Of a stretch of 64,000 nt of DNA, positions 53,904 to 64,000 are shown one piece after another. Position 1 is the stretch's first letter. Every line of letters begins with the position of its first letter. Position numbers and translations under genes: made by a program. The notes under the pieces were generated by a model. That model was given only the letters and a program-made list of their open reading frames with translations. It was not told where the DNA came from and searched no databases. The DNA comes from an uncultured delta proteobacterium (GTDB lineage: Bacteria; Myxococcota_A; Polyangia; Fen-1088), in the NCBI GenBank assembly GCA_963767925.1, contig CAVYGB010000008.1, forward strand, positions 2,208,001-2,272,000. Reading direction: 5' to 3'.

Positions 53904-56031
53904 TCAGACCGTCGCGGGGGCGCTGCGGAAGTTGTGGACCACGTCCGGCGTCTTGCCCATCGCCTCGCGCCGGGACAGCCGGATCTTGCCGGTGGCCCGG
54001 TCGATGCCGATCACCTTGACCATCATCTCGTCGCCTTCTTTGCAGACGTCCTGGACCTGGCGCACGCGCTTCTCGTCGAGCTCGCTGATGTGCACGAGTC
54101 CGTCGGTGCCCGGCAGGATCTCCACGAAGGCGCCGAACTCGGCGATGCGTCGGACCACCCCCATGTAGAACTCGCCCACCTCGGGTTCGGTGGTGAGGCC
54201 CTTGATGATGTCGATGGCCTTCTGGGCCATGATGCCGTCGGGCGAGGCTATGTGGACCGTGCCGTCGTCCTCGACGTCGATGGCCACACCGGTCTGGGCG
54301 GTGATGCCCCGGATGGTCTTGCCTCCCGGACCGATGATCTCCCGGATCTGGTCGGGCTTGACCTGGATGGTGAAGATCCGCGGGGCGTACTTGTTCAGCT
54401 CCTCGCGGGAGGTGGTCAGCGCCTCGGCCATCTTGCCGAGGATGTGGACCCGACCTTCGCGGGCCTGGTTGAGCGCCTGCTCAAGGATCTGGCGGGTCAG
54501 CCCCTGGATCTTGATGTCCATCTGGACGGCGCTGATCCCCTTCTTGGTGCCACAGACCTTGAAGTCCATGTCGCCGAGGTGGTCCTCGTCGCCGAGGATG
54601 TCGGAGAGCACCGCGAGGCGATCGCCTTCCTTGATGAGGCCCATGGCGATGCCGGCCACGGGGGTCGTGAGCGGGACCCCGGCGTCCATCAGGGCCAGCG
54701 AGCCGCCGCAGACCGAGGCCATCGACGAGCTGCCGTTGGACTCCAGGATCTCGGACACGACCCGGATCGTGTAGGGGAAGTCGGCCTCCGAGGGTAACAC
54801 CCGGGTCAGGGCGCGCTCGGCGAGGTGGCCGTGGCCGGTCTCGCGCCGGCTGGCCCCGCGCAGCGGCTTGACCTCGCCCGTCGAGAAGGGCGGAAAGTTG
54901 TAGTGGAGCATGAAGCGCTTCTCGATCTCGGCGGTGAGGCCTTCGATGTGTTGCGCGTCCTGCTTGGTCCCCAGGGTGGCGGTGACGAGGGCCTGGGTCT
55001 CGCCCCGGGTGAACAGCGAGGAGCCGTGGGTCCGGGGCAGCACCCCGACCTCACAGCTGATGGCCCGGATGTCGGTGGTGGCCCGGCCGTCGATGCGGCG
55101 CCCGGTGTTGAGCACCAGCTCGCGCAGGTGCTTCTTCTTGGCCGAGTCGAAGGCCTCCTTCAGCTCGGGATCGCGCTCGGGAAACTCGGCCTTGAGGCTC
55201 TCGAGGATCTCGCTGCCCACCGCATCGAGCGCGGCGTAGCGCTCCTGCTTGTCCCGGATCGCCATGGCGGCCTGGATCTTGGGGCCCGCGCTGCCCGACA
55301 CCCGCTCGACGATGATGGGATCTTTGGCCGGCGGCACGAACTCGCGCTTTGGCTTGCCCACCGCGGCCCGCAGCTTCTCCTGCAGATCGATAATAGGCTG
55401 GGCCGCCTTGTGGGCGAACATCAGCGCGTCGATGAGCACGTCTTCGGTGACCTCGGCGGCCCCGCCCTCCACCATGACGATGGCGTCGCGGCTGGCAGCG
55501 ACGACGAGATCGAGCTCCGATTCCTCCCGCTGCTTGAAGGTCGGATTGACCACGTATTGGCCGGCGATCCGCCCGACCCGGACCGCGGCGAAGGGTCCCG
55601 CCCAGGGGATGTCCGAGAGGTGCAAGCGCCATCGAGGCCCCGGTCATGGCGAGGACGTCGGTGGGGTTGTCCTTGTCGGCCGACAGGACGGTGGCGATGA
55701 CCTGGCTGTCGAAGCGCCACCCCTTGGGGAACAGCGGCCGGCAGGGGCGGTCGATGAGGCGGGCGGTGAGCACTTCCTGCTCGGTCAGCCGGCCTTCGCG
55801 CTTGAAGTAGCCGCCCGGGATCTTACCGGCGGCCGACGTCTTCTCGAGGTAGTCGCAGGTCAGCGGCATGAAATCGATGCCGGGACGCACGTTCGACGAA
55901 GCCACGGCGGTGACGAGGACCATCGAGTCGCCGTAGCGGATGACCACCGAGCCGTCGGCCTGCTTGGCCATTCGACCGGTCTCGATCGTGAGCTCTCGGT
56001 CGCCGAAGCCCACTCCTTCGCGTACAAACAT
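53904..56031 (-). CDS. pnp: Polyribonucleotide nucleotidyltransferase (frameshift near 55625)
   Basis: [41 protein letters not shown] and S1 domains. Confidence 0.97.
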
Positions 56032-56217
56032 TACAGCACGTCTCCTTGTGCGAAGGCCCCGATACCCCTTCGTCCCTCATCTCGAGGGTCCGCGCGGCAC
56101 CCGCGGCGACCGAACCATCGGGAAAAAGGATGAACGCGGCACCAGGACCGTTGTGGAAAAAGGCGTGCCGGGCACCACGCCCAGCACGCATATCGAAACG
56201 GTATGACGGCTCGGACG

Positions 56218-56487
56218 CTACTTGCGGATGCCGAGCTCCTGGATGAGCGCGCGGTAGCGCTCGACGTTCGTGCCTTTGAGGTAATCGAGGAGTCGTCGGC
56301 GCTGCCCGACGAGCATCAGGAGACCACGACGCGAGTGGTGGTCTTTGGCGTGCACCCGGAAGTGCTCGGTGAGGTAGTTGATCCTCTCGGAGAGGAGCGC
56401 TATCTGAACCTCGGGCGAGCCCGTATCGCCGGGCCCGCGCGCAAACTTTCTGACCACTTCTGCTTTTCGTACTGCGGCGAGAGCCAT
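56218..56487 (-). CDS. rpsO: 30S ribosomal protein S15
   Basis: [22 protein letters not shown]. Confidence 0.98.
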   Translation of the reverse strand: MALAAVRKAEVVRKFARGPGDTGSPEVQIALLSERINYLTEHFRVHAKDHHSRRGLLMLVGQRRRLLDYLKGTNVERYRALIQELGIRK

Positions 56488-56601
56488 GAACTCACACTCT
56501 TTCTCGTCTTTTCTGTCGTGCTTTCAGCGCTTTAGATTGGGCTACACTTTCCTACAAGAAGGCCATCGAAGTCAACCCACCCGTCGGGAATCCGACCAAC
56601 C

Positions 56602-57531
56602 TCAGAGCTGATCCCGAGCAAAAACCCGCACGGGTTGGGCCCCCTCGGCTGTGACCTCCGCCACGGCCAGCAAGGTCTCGTCGTCCCGCACGACCCGGAC
56701 CCGACCCCGGGTCCCCTCCGGGAGCCCGACGGAGGTAGCCGCCACGCGTTTGCCCTGGACCAGAGCCGCCGCGGCGCTGGCCTCCGCCCGGGCCAGCGGC
56801 AGGTGCGCCAGGGCGAGGTGCAGGGACACCATGGGCAGCGGCTCCCGGCGGTCGATGCGTGCCTCGAGCTCGGGCAGCGTGAGGGCGTCGGCCAGCCGGA
56901 ACGGACCCGAAGCGACGCGACGCAAAGCGGTCAGGTGCGCCAGGGTGCCGACCCCGCGCCCCAGGTCGGCCGCCAGCACACGGACGTAGGTTCCCTTCGA
57001 GCAGCGCAGCCGGAAGCGGGCCGAATCGGGCGGCAGCCAGGCCAGGAGCTCCAGCTCGTGGATCTGGACCTTCCGCGACGAACGTTCGATCTCGATGCCC
57101 TCGCGGGCATAGCTATAAAGAGGCCGGCCCTGGTGCTTGAGCGCCGAGTGCATGGGCGGCACCTGCTCGATCTCGCCCCGCAGCCCCGCGAGGGCCTGGC
57201 CCAGAAGCTCGGCAGACAGGTGATCGGTGGGGGCCGTGCCGACCACGTTCCCGGTGGCGTCGTGGCTGTCGGTGGCCACCCCGAAACGCACGGTGGCCTC
57301 GTATTCCTTGTCGGCGTCGAGGAGGAAGGCAGCCAGCTTCGTGGCTTCGCCCACGCACACGGGAAGAACGCCCGAAGCGAAGGGATCCAGGGTCCCGCCG
57401 TGTCCGCACTTCAGCTTGCGCAGGGAGAGGCCGCTGGCCGCCGGAAGGCCCCGGCACACGAGAGCCGCCACCCGCCTCAAGACGGCAAACGAGGACGGGC
57501 CCTCGGGCTTGTCGACGATCAGCACGCCCAT
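56602..57531 (-). CDS. truB: tRNA pseudouridine(55) synthase
   Basis: VDKPEG, GHGGTLDPFASGVL, QVPPMHSALK, CSKGTYVR. Confidence 0.96.
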   Translation of the reverse strand: MGVLIVDKPEGPSSFAVLRRVAALVCRGLPAASGLSLRKLKCGHGGTLDPFASGVLPVCVGEATKLAAFLLDADKEYEATVRFGVATDSHDATGNVVGTAPTDHLSAELLGQALAGLRGEIEQVPPMHSALKHQGRPLYSYAREGIEIERSSRKVQIHELELLAWLPPDSARFRLRCSKGTYVRVLAADLGRGVGTLAHLTALRRVASGPFRLADALTLPELEARIDRREPLPMVSLHLALAHLPLARAEASAAAALVQGKRVAATSVGLPEGTRGRVRVVRDDETLLAVAEVTAEGAQPVRVFARDQL

Positions 57532-57539
57532 CGCCTGGC

Positions 57540-57971
57540 TCAGCCCTCTGGCTCCCCCTTCCCGGGCGGGAGCTCGCCGGCGGGCGGATCGCCCTCGGGC
57601 GCCGCCGTGGCGGGTGTCTCCCGGGCAACCTCACGCAAGAGGGCGTCCACCTTCTCCTCCTGCTCGAAGACCCGGTCGATCTCGAAGCTCACCGTGGGGA
57701 TGGTGCGCACCGAGAGCTCCTGACCGAGCCGGCGGCGGAGGTAGCCGCTCGCGTGGTCCAGGCCTTTGCGCACCCGCTCGAGCGCGGCGGCGTCGGCGGC
57801 GTGCACGGTGAAGAGCGCGGTGGCCTGGCGCAGGTCCCCGGTGAGCCGCACGTGGGTGATCGTGATGAGGCCCGCGTCCTGCACCCGAGGATCCTTGATC
57901 TCCTGGCGGGTCACGATCTCCCCCAGGATCTCCCGGATCTCCATCGCGAGCCGAGGTACGCGCTCTTTCAT
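57540..57971 (-). CDS. rbfA: Ribosome-binding factor A
   Basis: IKDPRV, ITITHVRLTGDL, ASGYLRRRLG...RTIP. Confidence 0.93.
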   Translation of the reverse strand: MKERVPRLAMEIREILGEIVTRQEIKDPRVQDAGLITITHVRLTGDLRQATALFTVHAADAAALERVRKGLDHASGYLRRRLGQELSVRTIPTVSFEIDRVFEQEEKVDALLREVARETPATAAPEGDPPAGELPPGKGEPEG

Positions 57972-57975
57972 TCGC

Positions 57976-58296
57976 CTATCTTGAAGCCGAGATCGTTCTC
58001 GCGCCAAGGCGTCGTTGAAGGTCTGGATCTCCCGCTCGGAGTTCGTCACCTCGGCCTGGGATCGCACGAAGCGGATGATCTCGTCGAGCGCAGACTCGAC
58101 GAAACGCCGCTCGTTGCCCACCACTGCCAGGCCCAGCACGGCGCGCTGCCAGAGGTCGTTGTCCTCGACCTCGGCCGCGGCCACGTTGAACTTCTGGCGC
58201 AGCCGGTCCTTCACCCGGCGCAGGACCATCCGCTTGTCCTTCAGCGAATGGCTGTCGCGGCAAGAACAAGGTGAGGCGCGCGATCCCGACCGTCAC
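57976..58296 (-). CDS. DUF503 (YlxP-like) protein, frameshifted
   Basis: VGIARLTLFLP / HSLKDKRMVLRRVKDRLRQKFNVAAAEV; canonical position between infB and rbfA. Confidence 0.85.
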   Translation of the reverse strand: MTVGIARLTLFLPRQPFAEGQADGPAPGEGPAAPEVQRGRGRGRGQRPLAARRAGPGSGGQRAAFRRVCARRDHPLRAIPGRGDELRAGDPDLQRRLGARTISASR

Positions 58297-61221
58297 GTCG
58301 ACACTCCCGGGCGCGCTCGGGGCGCTTCGGGCCGCTGACTGCGCGGCCTACCGCCGCGGGTCGGCGGCGCCTTGATCGGGGCGTCCAGGGTGGCGGCGAC
58401 GCGTCTCGACCTCGAAGGCCTCGATGATGTCACCCACCTTGATGTCCTGGTATCCCTCGATCGCGAGACCGCACTCGTACCCCTGCGCCACCTCGCTGAC
58501 GTCTTCCTTGAACCGCTTGAGCGAGCCGAAGCTGCCCGTGAAGACGACCACCGAGTCGCGCACCAGGCGAACCTGGGCCTTGCGGCTCATCTTGCCCTCG
58601 GTGACGAAGGAGCCGGCGATGGTGCCGACCTTCGTGATGTTGAAGACCTGGCGGACCTCGACCTTGCCCAGCAGCTTCTCCCGGCTGACCGGGGCCAGCA
58701 TGCCGACCATGGCCTTCTTGACGTCGTCGATGGCGTCGTAGATGACCTGGTAGAGCTTGATCTCGACCCCCTCCTGCTCGCGTCATCTGCTGCGACTTGC
58801 CGGCCGGGCGCACGTTGAAGCCGATGACGATGGCCGCCGAGGCCTTGGCCAGCTGGACGTCGGACTCGGTGATGCCGCCGACGCCGGACTGGATGACGTT
58901 GACCCCCACCGCTGGGCGTGGACAGCGCGCGCAGCGCGGCCGCGATCGCCTCGACCGACCCCTGCACGTCGGCCTTGAGGACGATCTTGACCTCCTTGAC
59001 CTCGCCTTCCCGGATCTTGTCGAGGATGTTCTCGAGCGAGACCCGTCCGGTCGTGGTGGCGGTGGCTTCCTTGCGTGCGGCGCTGATCGCGACGGTGCTC
59101 GACCAGCGACTTGACCGCCTGCTCGTCGGTCACGACGTGGAACAGCTCGCCCGCGTCGGGCACGCCGTCGAGGCCCAGGACCTCGACCGGCGTCGAGGGC
59201 CCTGCCTCGGTGATCTGCTGGCCCTTGTCGCCCAGCATGGCGCGAATCTTGCCCGACACCTCGCCGGCGACCACCAGGTCGCCCACCCGCAAGGTCCCCT
59301 CCTCGACCAGCACGGTCGAGATGGCGCCGCGGGCGCGATCGAGACGCGCCTCGACCACGTGACCGCTGGCTGCCTTCTTGGGGTTGGCCCGCAACTCGAG
59401 GACCTCGGCCTGCAGGGCCAGCATCTCGAGCAGCTTGTCGATGCCCTGCTTGGTCTTGGCCGAGACGTCGACGAAGATGATGTCGCCGCCGAACTCCTCG
59501 GGGACCAGGTTGTGCTCCATCAGCTTGGTGCGGATGGCCTGAGGGTTGGCGCCGGGCTTGTCGACCTTGTTGACCGCCACCACGATCGGCACCTCGGCGG
59601 CGCGGGCGTGGTTGATGGCCTCGATGGTCTGGGGCATCGGCCCGTCGTCGGCCGCCACCACCAGCACGACGATGTCGGTCATCCTGGCGCCGCGGGCACG
59701 CATGGCGGTGAAGGCCTCGTGGCCGGGGGTATCGAGGAAGACGACGTCGCCGCCCGGGGTGTGCACCTTGTAGGCGCCGATGTGCTGGGTGATGCCGCCC
59801 GCCTCGCCGCCCGCCACGTTGGCCTTGCGGATGGCGTCGAGCAGCGAGGTCTTGCCGTGGTCGACGTGGCCCATGACGGTGACCACCGGCGCGCGCGGCA
59901 TCAGATCCTCGGGGTTGTCCGCCGCTTCCTGGGAGATGACCTCTTCCTCGCGGAAGGCGGTCGATTCGATCTGGTAGCCGAAGTCGGTGGCGATGAGGGT
60001 CGCGGTGTCGAGGTCGATGTTCTGGTTGATGGTCACGCCCATCATGCCCAGACCCCAGAGCTTCTTGATGATCTCGTTGCCCTTGACGCCCATGCGCTGG
60101 GCCAGCTCGGACACCGCGATGGCCTCGCCCATCTGGATGACCCGCTTGTGCTCGGCGGGCGTCGTGATCTGGGTCTGCTTGACCTTCTTGCCGGCGGCGA
60201 CGACCTTCTTGCGCGGTGGTCCGCCCGGACGCTGGCCGGGTTGCTGCGGCCCGCGGCCGAAGCGATCCCCGCTGGTGGTGCCCCGGTTCAGCAGACCGGC
60301 GCGCCCCAGGCGACGCAGCTCCTCGTCGCGATCCTTGATCTCGATGCGGGGGACGTTCGGCTGCCCGCGTGGCCCCAGGCCAGGGAGCTGGATGAAGGCG
60401 CCGGTGGCGGCCGAGCCGGTGATGACCGGCTGGGCGATGGTCCGGATGACCGTGCCGGGCTTGTCCCCCTCGGCACTCGCGGCCCGGACGTAGGGGCCGC
60501 CGGGAAGGCTGGCCCGTCCGGCCGACGGTGGGGCCGACGATGGTGACCCGATGGGAGGCCGCGCCGTCGCCGCCGGGGGCGACGTGAGCGGCCGGTTGAC
60601 GACCGGGGGCTGGGTCCGGACCGGCTCGGGCGCCGCGGGCCGTGGCGGTGGCGCCGGAGGTGCAGGTGCAGCCGCCGCCGCGGGCGGGGGCGCCGGCTCG
60701 GTCACGACGGGCTTGCTGGGAGCGGGCGCGGGAGGCGGCGCCGCCACGGGCGGGGGAGCCGGCTCGGGCGGGCGAGCTGCCACCGGGGGCGCTGCCGGCT
60801 CCGGGGCGGGCACCGGCGCGGGTGCCGGAGGAGGGGGCGGCGGCGCCGGAGGCGGCGCCACGGGCGCAGGGGGAGGCGGCGCCGGAGGACGGGCCGCCAC
60901 CTCGGGCTCCCGGACGGGCGGACGAGGCGCCGCCTTGGGAGCGGCCGGGGCCGCCGAGGGAGGGGGTTGTGCGGCAGCGGGAGGCGCCGCGGCCGGGGCC
61001 GGGACAACCGCGCGGGAGCGCCGTCGAATCACGGTGTCGGACAGCCGCTGCTCGATCAGCGTCTCGTGCCGCTCGCGTTCGAGGGCGCGCCGGACGCGTT
61101 CGACGTCGCTGCCTTCCAGGTGTGACATGTGGTTGGCAATGTCGATGCCCATGGACTTGATCTTGTTGACCAGGTCCTTGTTGGAGACGCCAAGGTCCTT
61201 GGCAAGCTCGTAGACGCGCAT
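58293..61221 (-). CDS. infB: Translation initiation factor IF-2 (frameshifts in the 3' third; exact stop uncertain, 58293-58348)
   Basis: [54 protein letters not shown]. Confidence 0.97.
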
Positions 61222-61316
61222 GCGCACGCCCCCGCCGCCGCCACCATCGGAGGCCGGAATCTCGACGCTCGTAGCCGCTTCCTATCATGAACGCCCCCTT
61301 CTTCCTGGGGTTGGAG

Positions 61317-61601
61317 TTAGCGCGAGGCGAGGACCGCAGCCGTCAGGGCTGCGACGTCGATCGGCGGGATCGAGGTTCGGAACGCCCTGCCGAAGGCACC
61401 GGTCTTGACCGCCGCGCTCACACACAGATCGCTGGGATGCACCCAGGCCCCCCGCCCTCCCGACCAGCCCCGGGCCGGAACCACCAGGAGCGACGCGTCC
61501 GCCCGGGACCGCAGCCCCAGGCGAACCAGCTCCCCCGCCGGACATACCCGGCGGCAACCGACGCAGGTACGCGCCGGGATGTGCGATGGATGCTCCTTCA
61601 A
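61317..61601 (-). CDS. ylxR: YlxR/DUF448 RNA-binding protein
   Basis: [22 protein letters not shown]...C. Confidence 0.88.
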   Translation of the reverse strand: MKEHPSHIPARTCVGCRRVCPAGELVRLGLRSRADASLLVVPARGWSGGRGAWVHPSDLCVSAAVKTGAFGRAFRTSIPPIDVAALTAAVLASR

Positions 61602-63018
<1,417 letters not shown>

Positions 63019-63026
<8 letters not shown>

Positions 63027-63675
63027 GATGCGCTCCTTGAGGACGACTGTTTGAGCCACCTGGGCGTCGTGGGCCCGGCTCGCCGCCGCCTCCGCCAGCA
63101 CCGCTCGGGCCGGCACCCATGATGGGCTCGGCTTGCTGGCTCCGCCGGAACTCGGCGGCCCAGTCGGGAACCAGGTTGGCCTTGACCACGAGGTCGATGG
63201 GGACGCGGTAGGTGCGCCCATCGGCCTCAATCTCGGCAACTCCGGCCTGGGCCCCGACCAGCGTTCCGGAAAAATTTCGTCGCCCCTCGACCGGCTCGCT
63301 CGTGCGGGCCTTCACCTGCTGGCCAGCGAAGCGGCGGAAGTCCTGCTCGCGCCGCAGGGGGCGGTCCAGACCGGGAGAGCTCACCTCCAGCGCGTAGGTG
63401 TGTGGAATCACGTCGGCAACATCGAGCGCCGCCGAGACGTCCCGGCTCACCCGCTCGCAGTCCTCGAACCCGACCGCGGGGAGCGCAAACAGGGGATCGG
63501 GCGTGCCCGCTCCCGGTAGACGGGGGCCGTCCCCCGGCGTAAAAGGCCGATCGATGTAAACGCGCAGGGACCAACCTCCGCCCTCTCGACCCCACTGCAG
63601 CTCGACCAGATCGAGGCCCGCCCCCGTGATATAGGGTTCGATCAGGTTCCAGAGCTCAGTGATTTCCTTACGCAT
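63019..63675 (-). CDS. rimP: Ribosome maturation factor RimP
   Basis: [28 protein letters not shown]. Confidence 0.95.
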
Positions 63676-63726
63676 TTTGGTGAGCGGTGCTTTTCTTGTG
63701 ATCTTCTTCCGGGAGGCGTGCTGGGC

Positions 63727-63754
63727 AAAAAAAAGGCGGGCTCGGTGGCCCGCC
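63727..63754 (-). terminator. Terminator-like hairpin in the rimP leader
   Basis: On the minus strand GGCGGGC-CACCGA-GCCCGCC followed by eight T, about 50 nt upstream of rimP. Confidence 0.8.
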
Positions 63755-63952
63755 CGCTCGTTCGGGGTGTGCCTTTAGGGAACGGGATTTTTACCACGCT
63801 CCGTCGATTGAGGCAAACCAATCCCGGTCGGACGGACCCGAAAAACACTGAGATTGGGCGAGCTTCGGAGGGTGCGGAGAGCGATCGAGAGAGCCCTGCC
63901 GACAGGCCGACGGAAGCGGGCGACGGTTGATTTGCGTGTTAGCTTGCGGGGC

Positions 63953-64000
63953 ATGTTCTTGCGCGTTGCCGCGGTGCAGATGTGCTCTACGGAGGATGTC
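63953..64000 (+). CDS. Probable carbon-nitrogen hydrolase N-terminus (runs out of window)
   Basis: MFLRVAAVQMCSTEDV matches the first strand of the nitrilase family; only 16 codons visible. Confidence 0.5.
   Translation, partial: MFLRVAAVQMCSTEDV

Noticed and set aside
57540..58229. DUF503-RbfA fusion suggested by the 229-aa ORF
   Set aside because: Explained by an indel; RbfA has its own ATG at 57971
60550..61020. GC-rich repeat tract or Gly-rich + strand ORF
   Set aside because: It is the Pro/Ala-rich linker of IF-2, common in high-GC bacteria

Overview
Very GC-rich bacterial DNA, most likely a myxobacterium (MYXO-CTERM protein, giant AgmK-like TPR protein, MopE-type repeat lipoprotein). 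Single-base frameshifts occur even in essential genes (infB, pnp), so most broken ORFs look like long-read indel errors rather than pseudogenes. From left to right: a KDG-dehydratase 3' end, an ECF sigma-TM-LamG fusion, a HEAT-repeat protein, and an IS graveyard (IS110, two fused IS66 ends, IS5, ABC remnants). Next come a four-helix-bundle gene with a long hairpin, a ~3,700-aa TPR protein, aguBA, and a nitrate/nitrite assimilation cluster (nirB-nirD-FeS/DmsC-nasA plus hemD). These are followed by surface proteins, a GMC oxidase, an MFS transporter, a PRMT-like methyltransferase, an SBP-OmpA fusion, a PilZ protein, a rohP-rohQ-rohR-like operon, argC-argB, and the rimP-nusA-ylxR-infB-DUF503-rbfA-truB-rpsO-pnp-dut region. 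The best candidate for a novel system is the rohPQR trio (arginine to 2-aminoimidazole, as in azomycin biosynthesis). It lacks the rohS/rohT N-oxygenase step, sits just downstream of argCB, and lies about 4 kb from a eukaryote-type arginine methyltransferase, which suggests an undescribed (methyl)aminoimidazole metabolite pathway. All family calls come from motif recognition by eye; no database searches were run.
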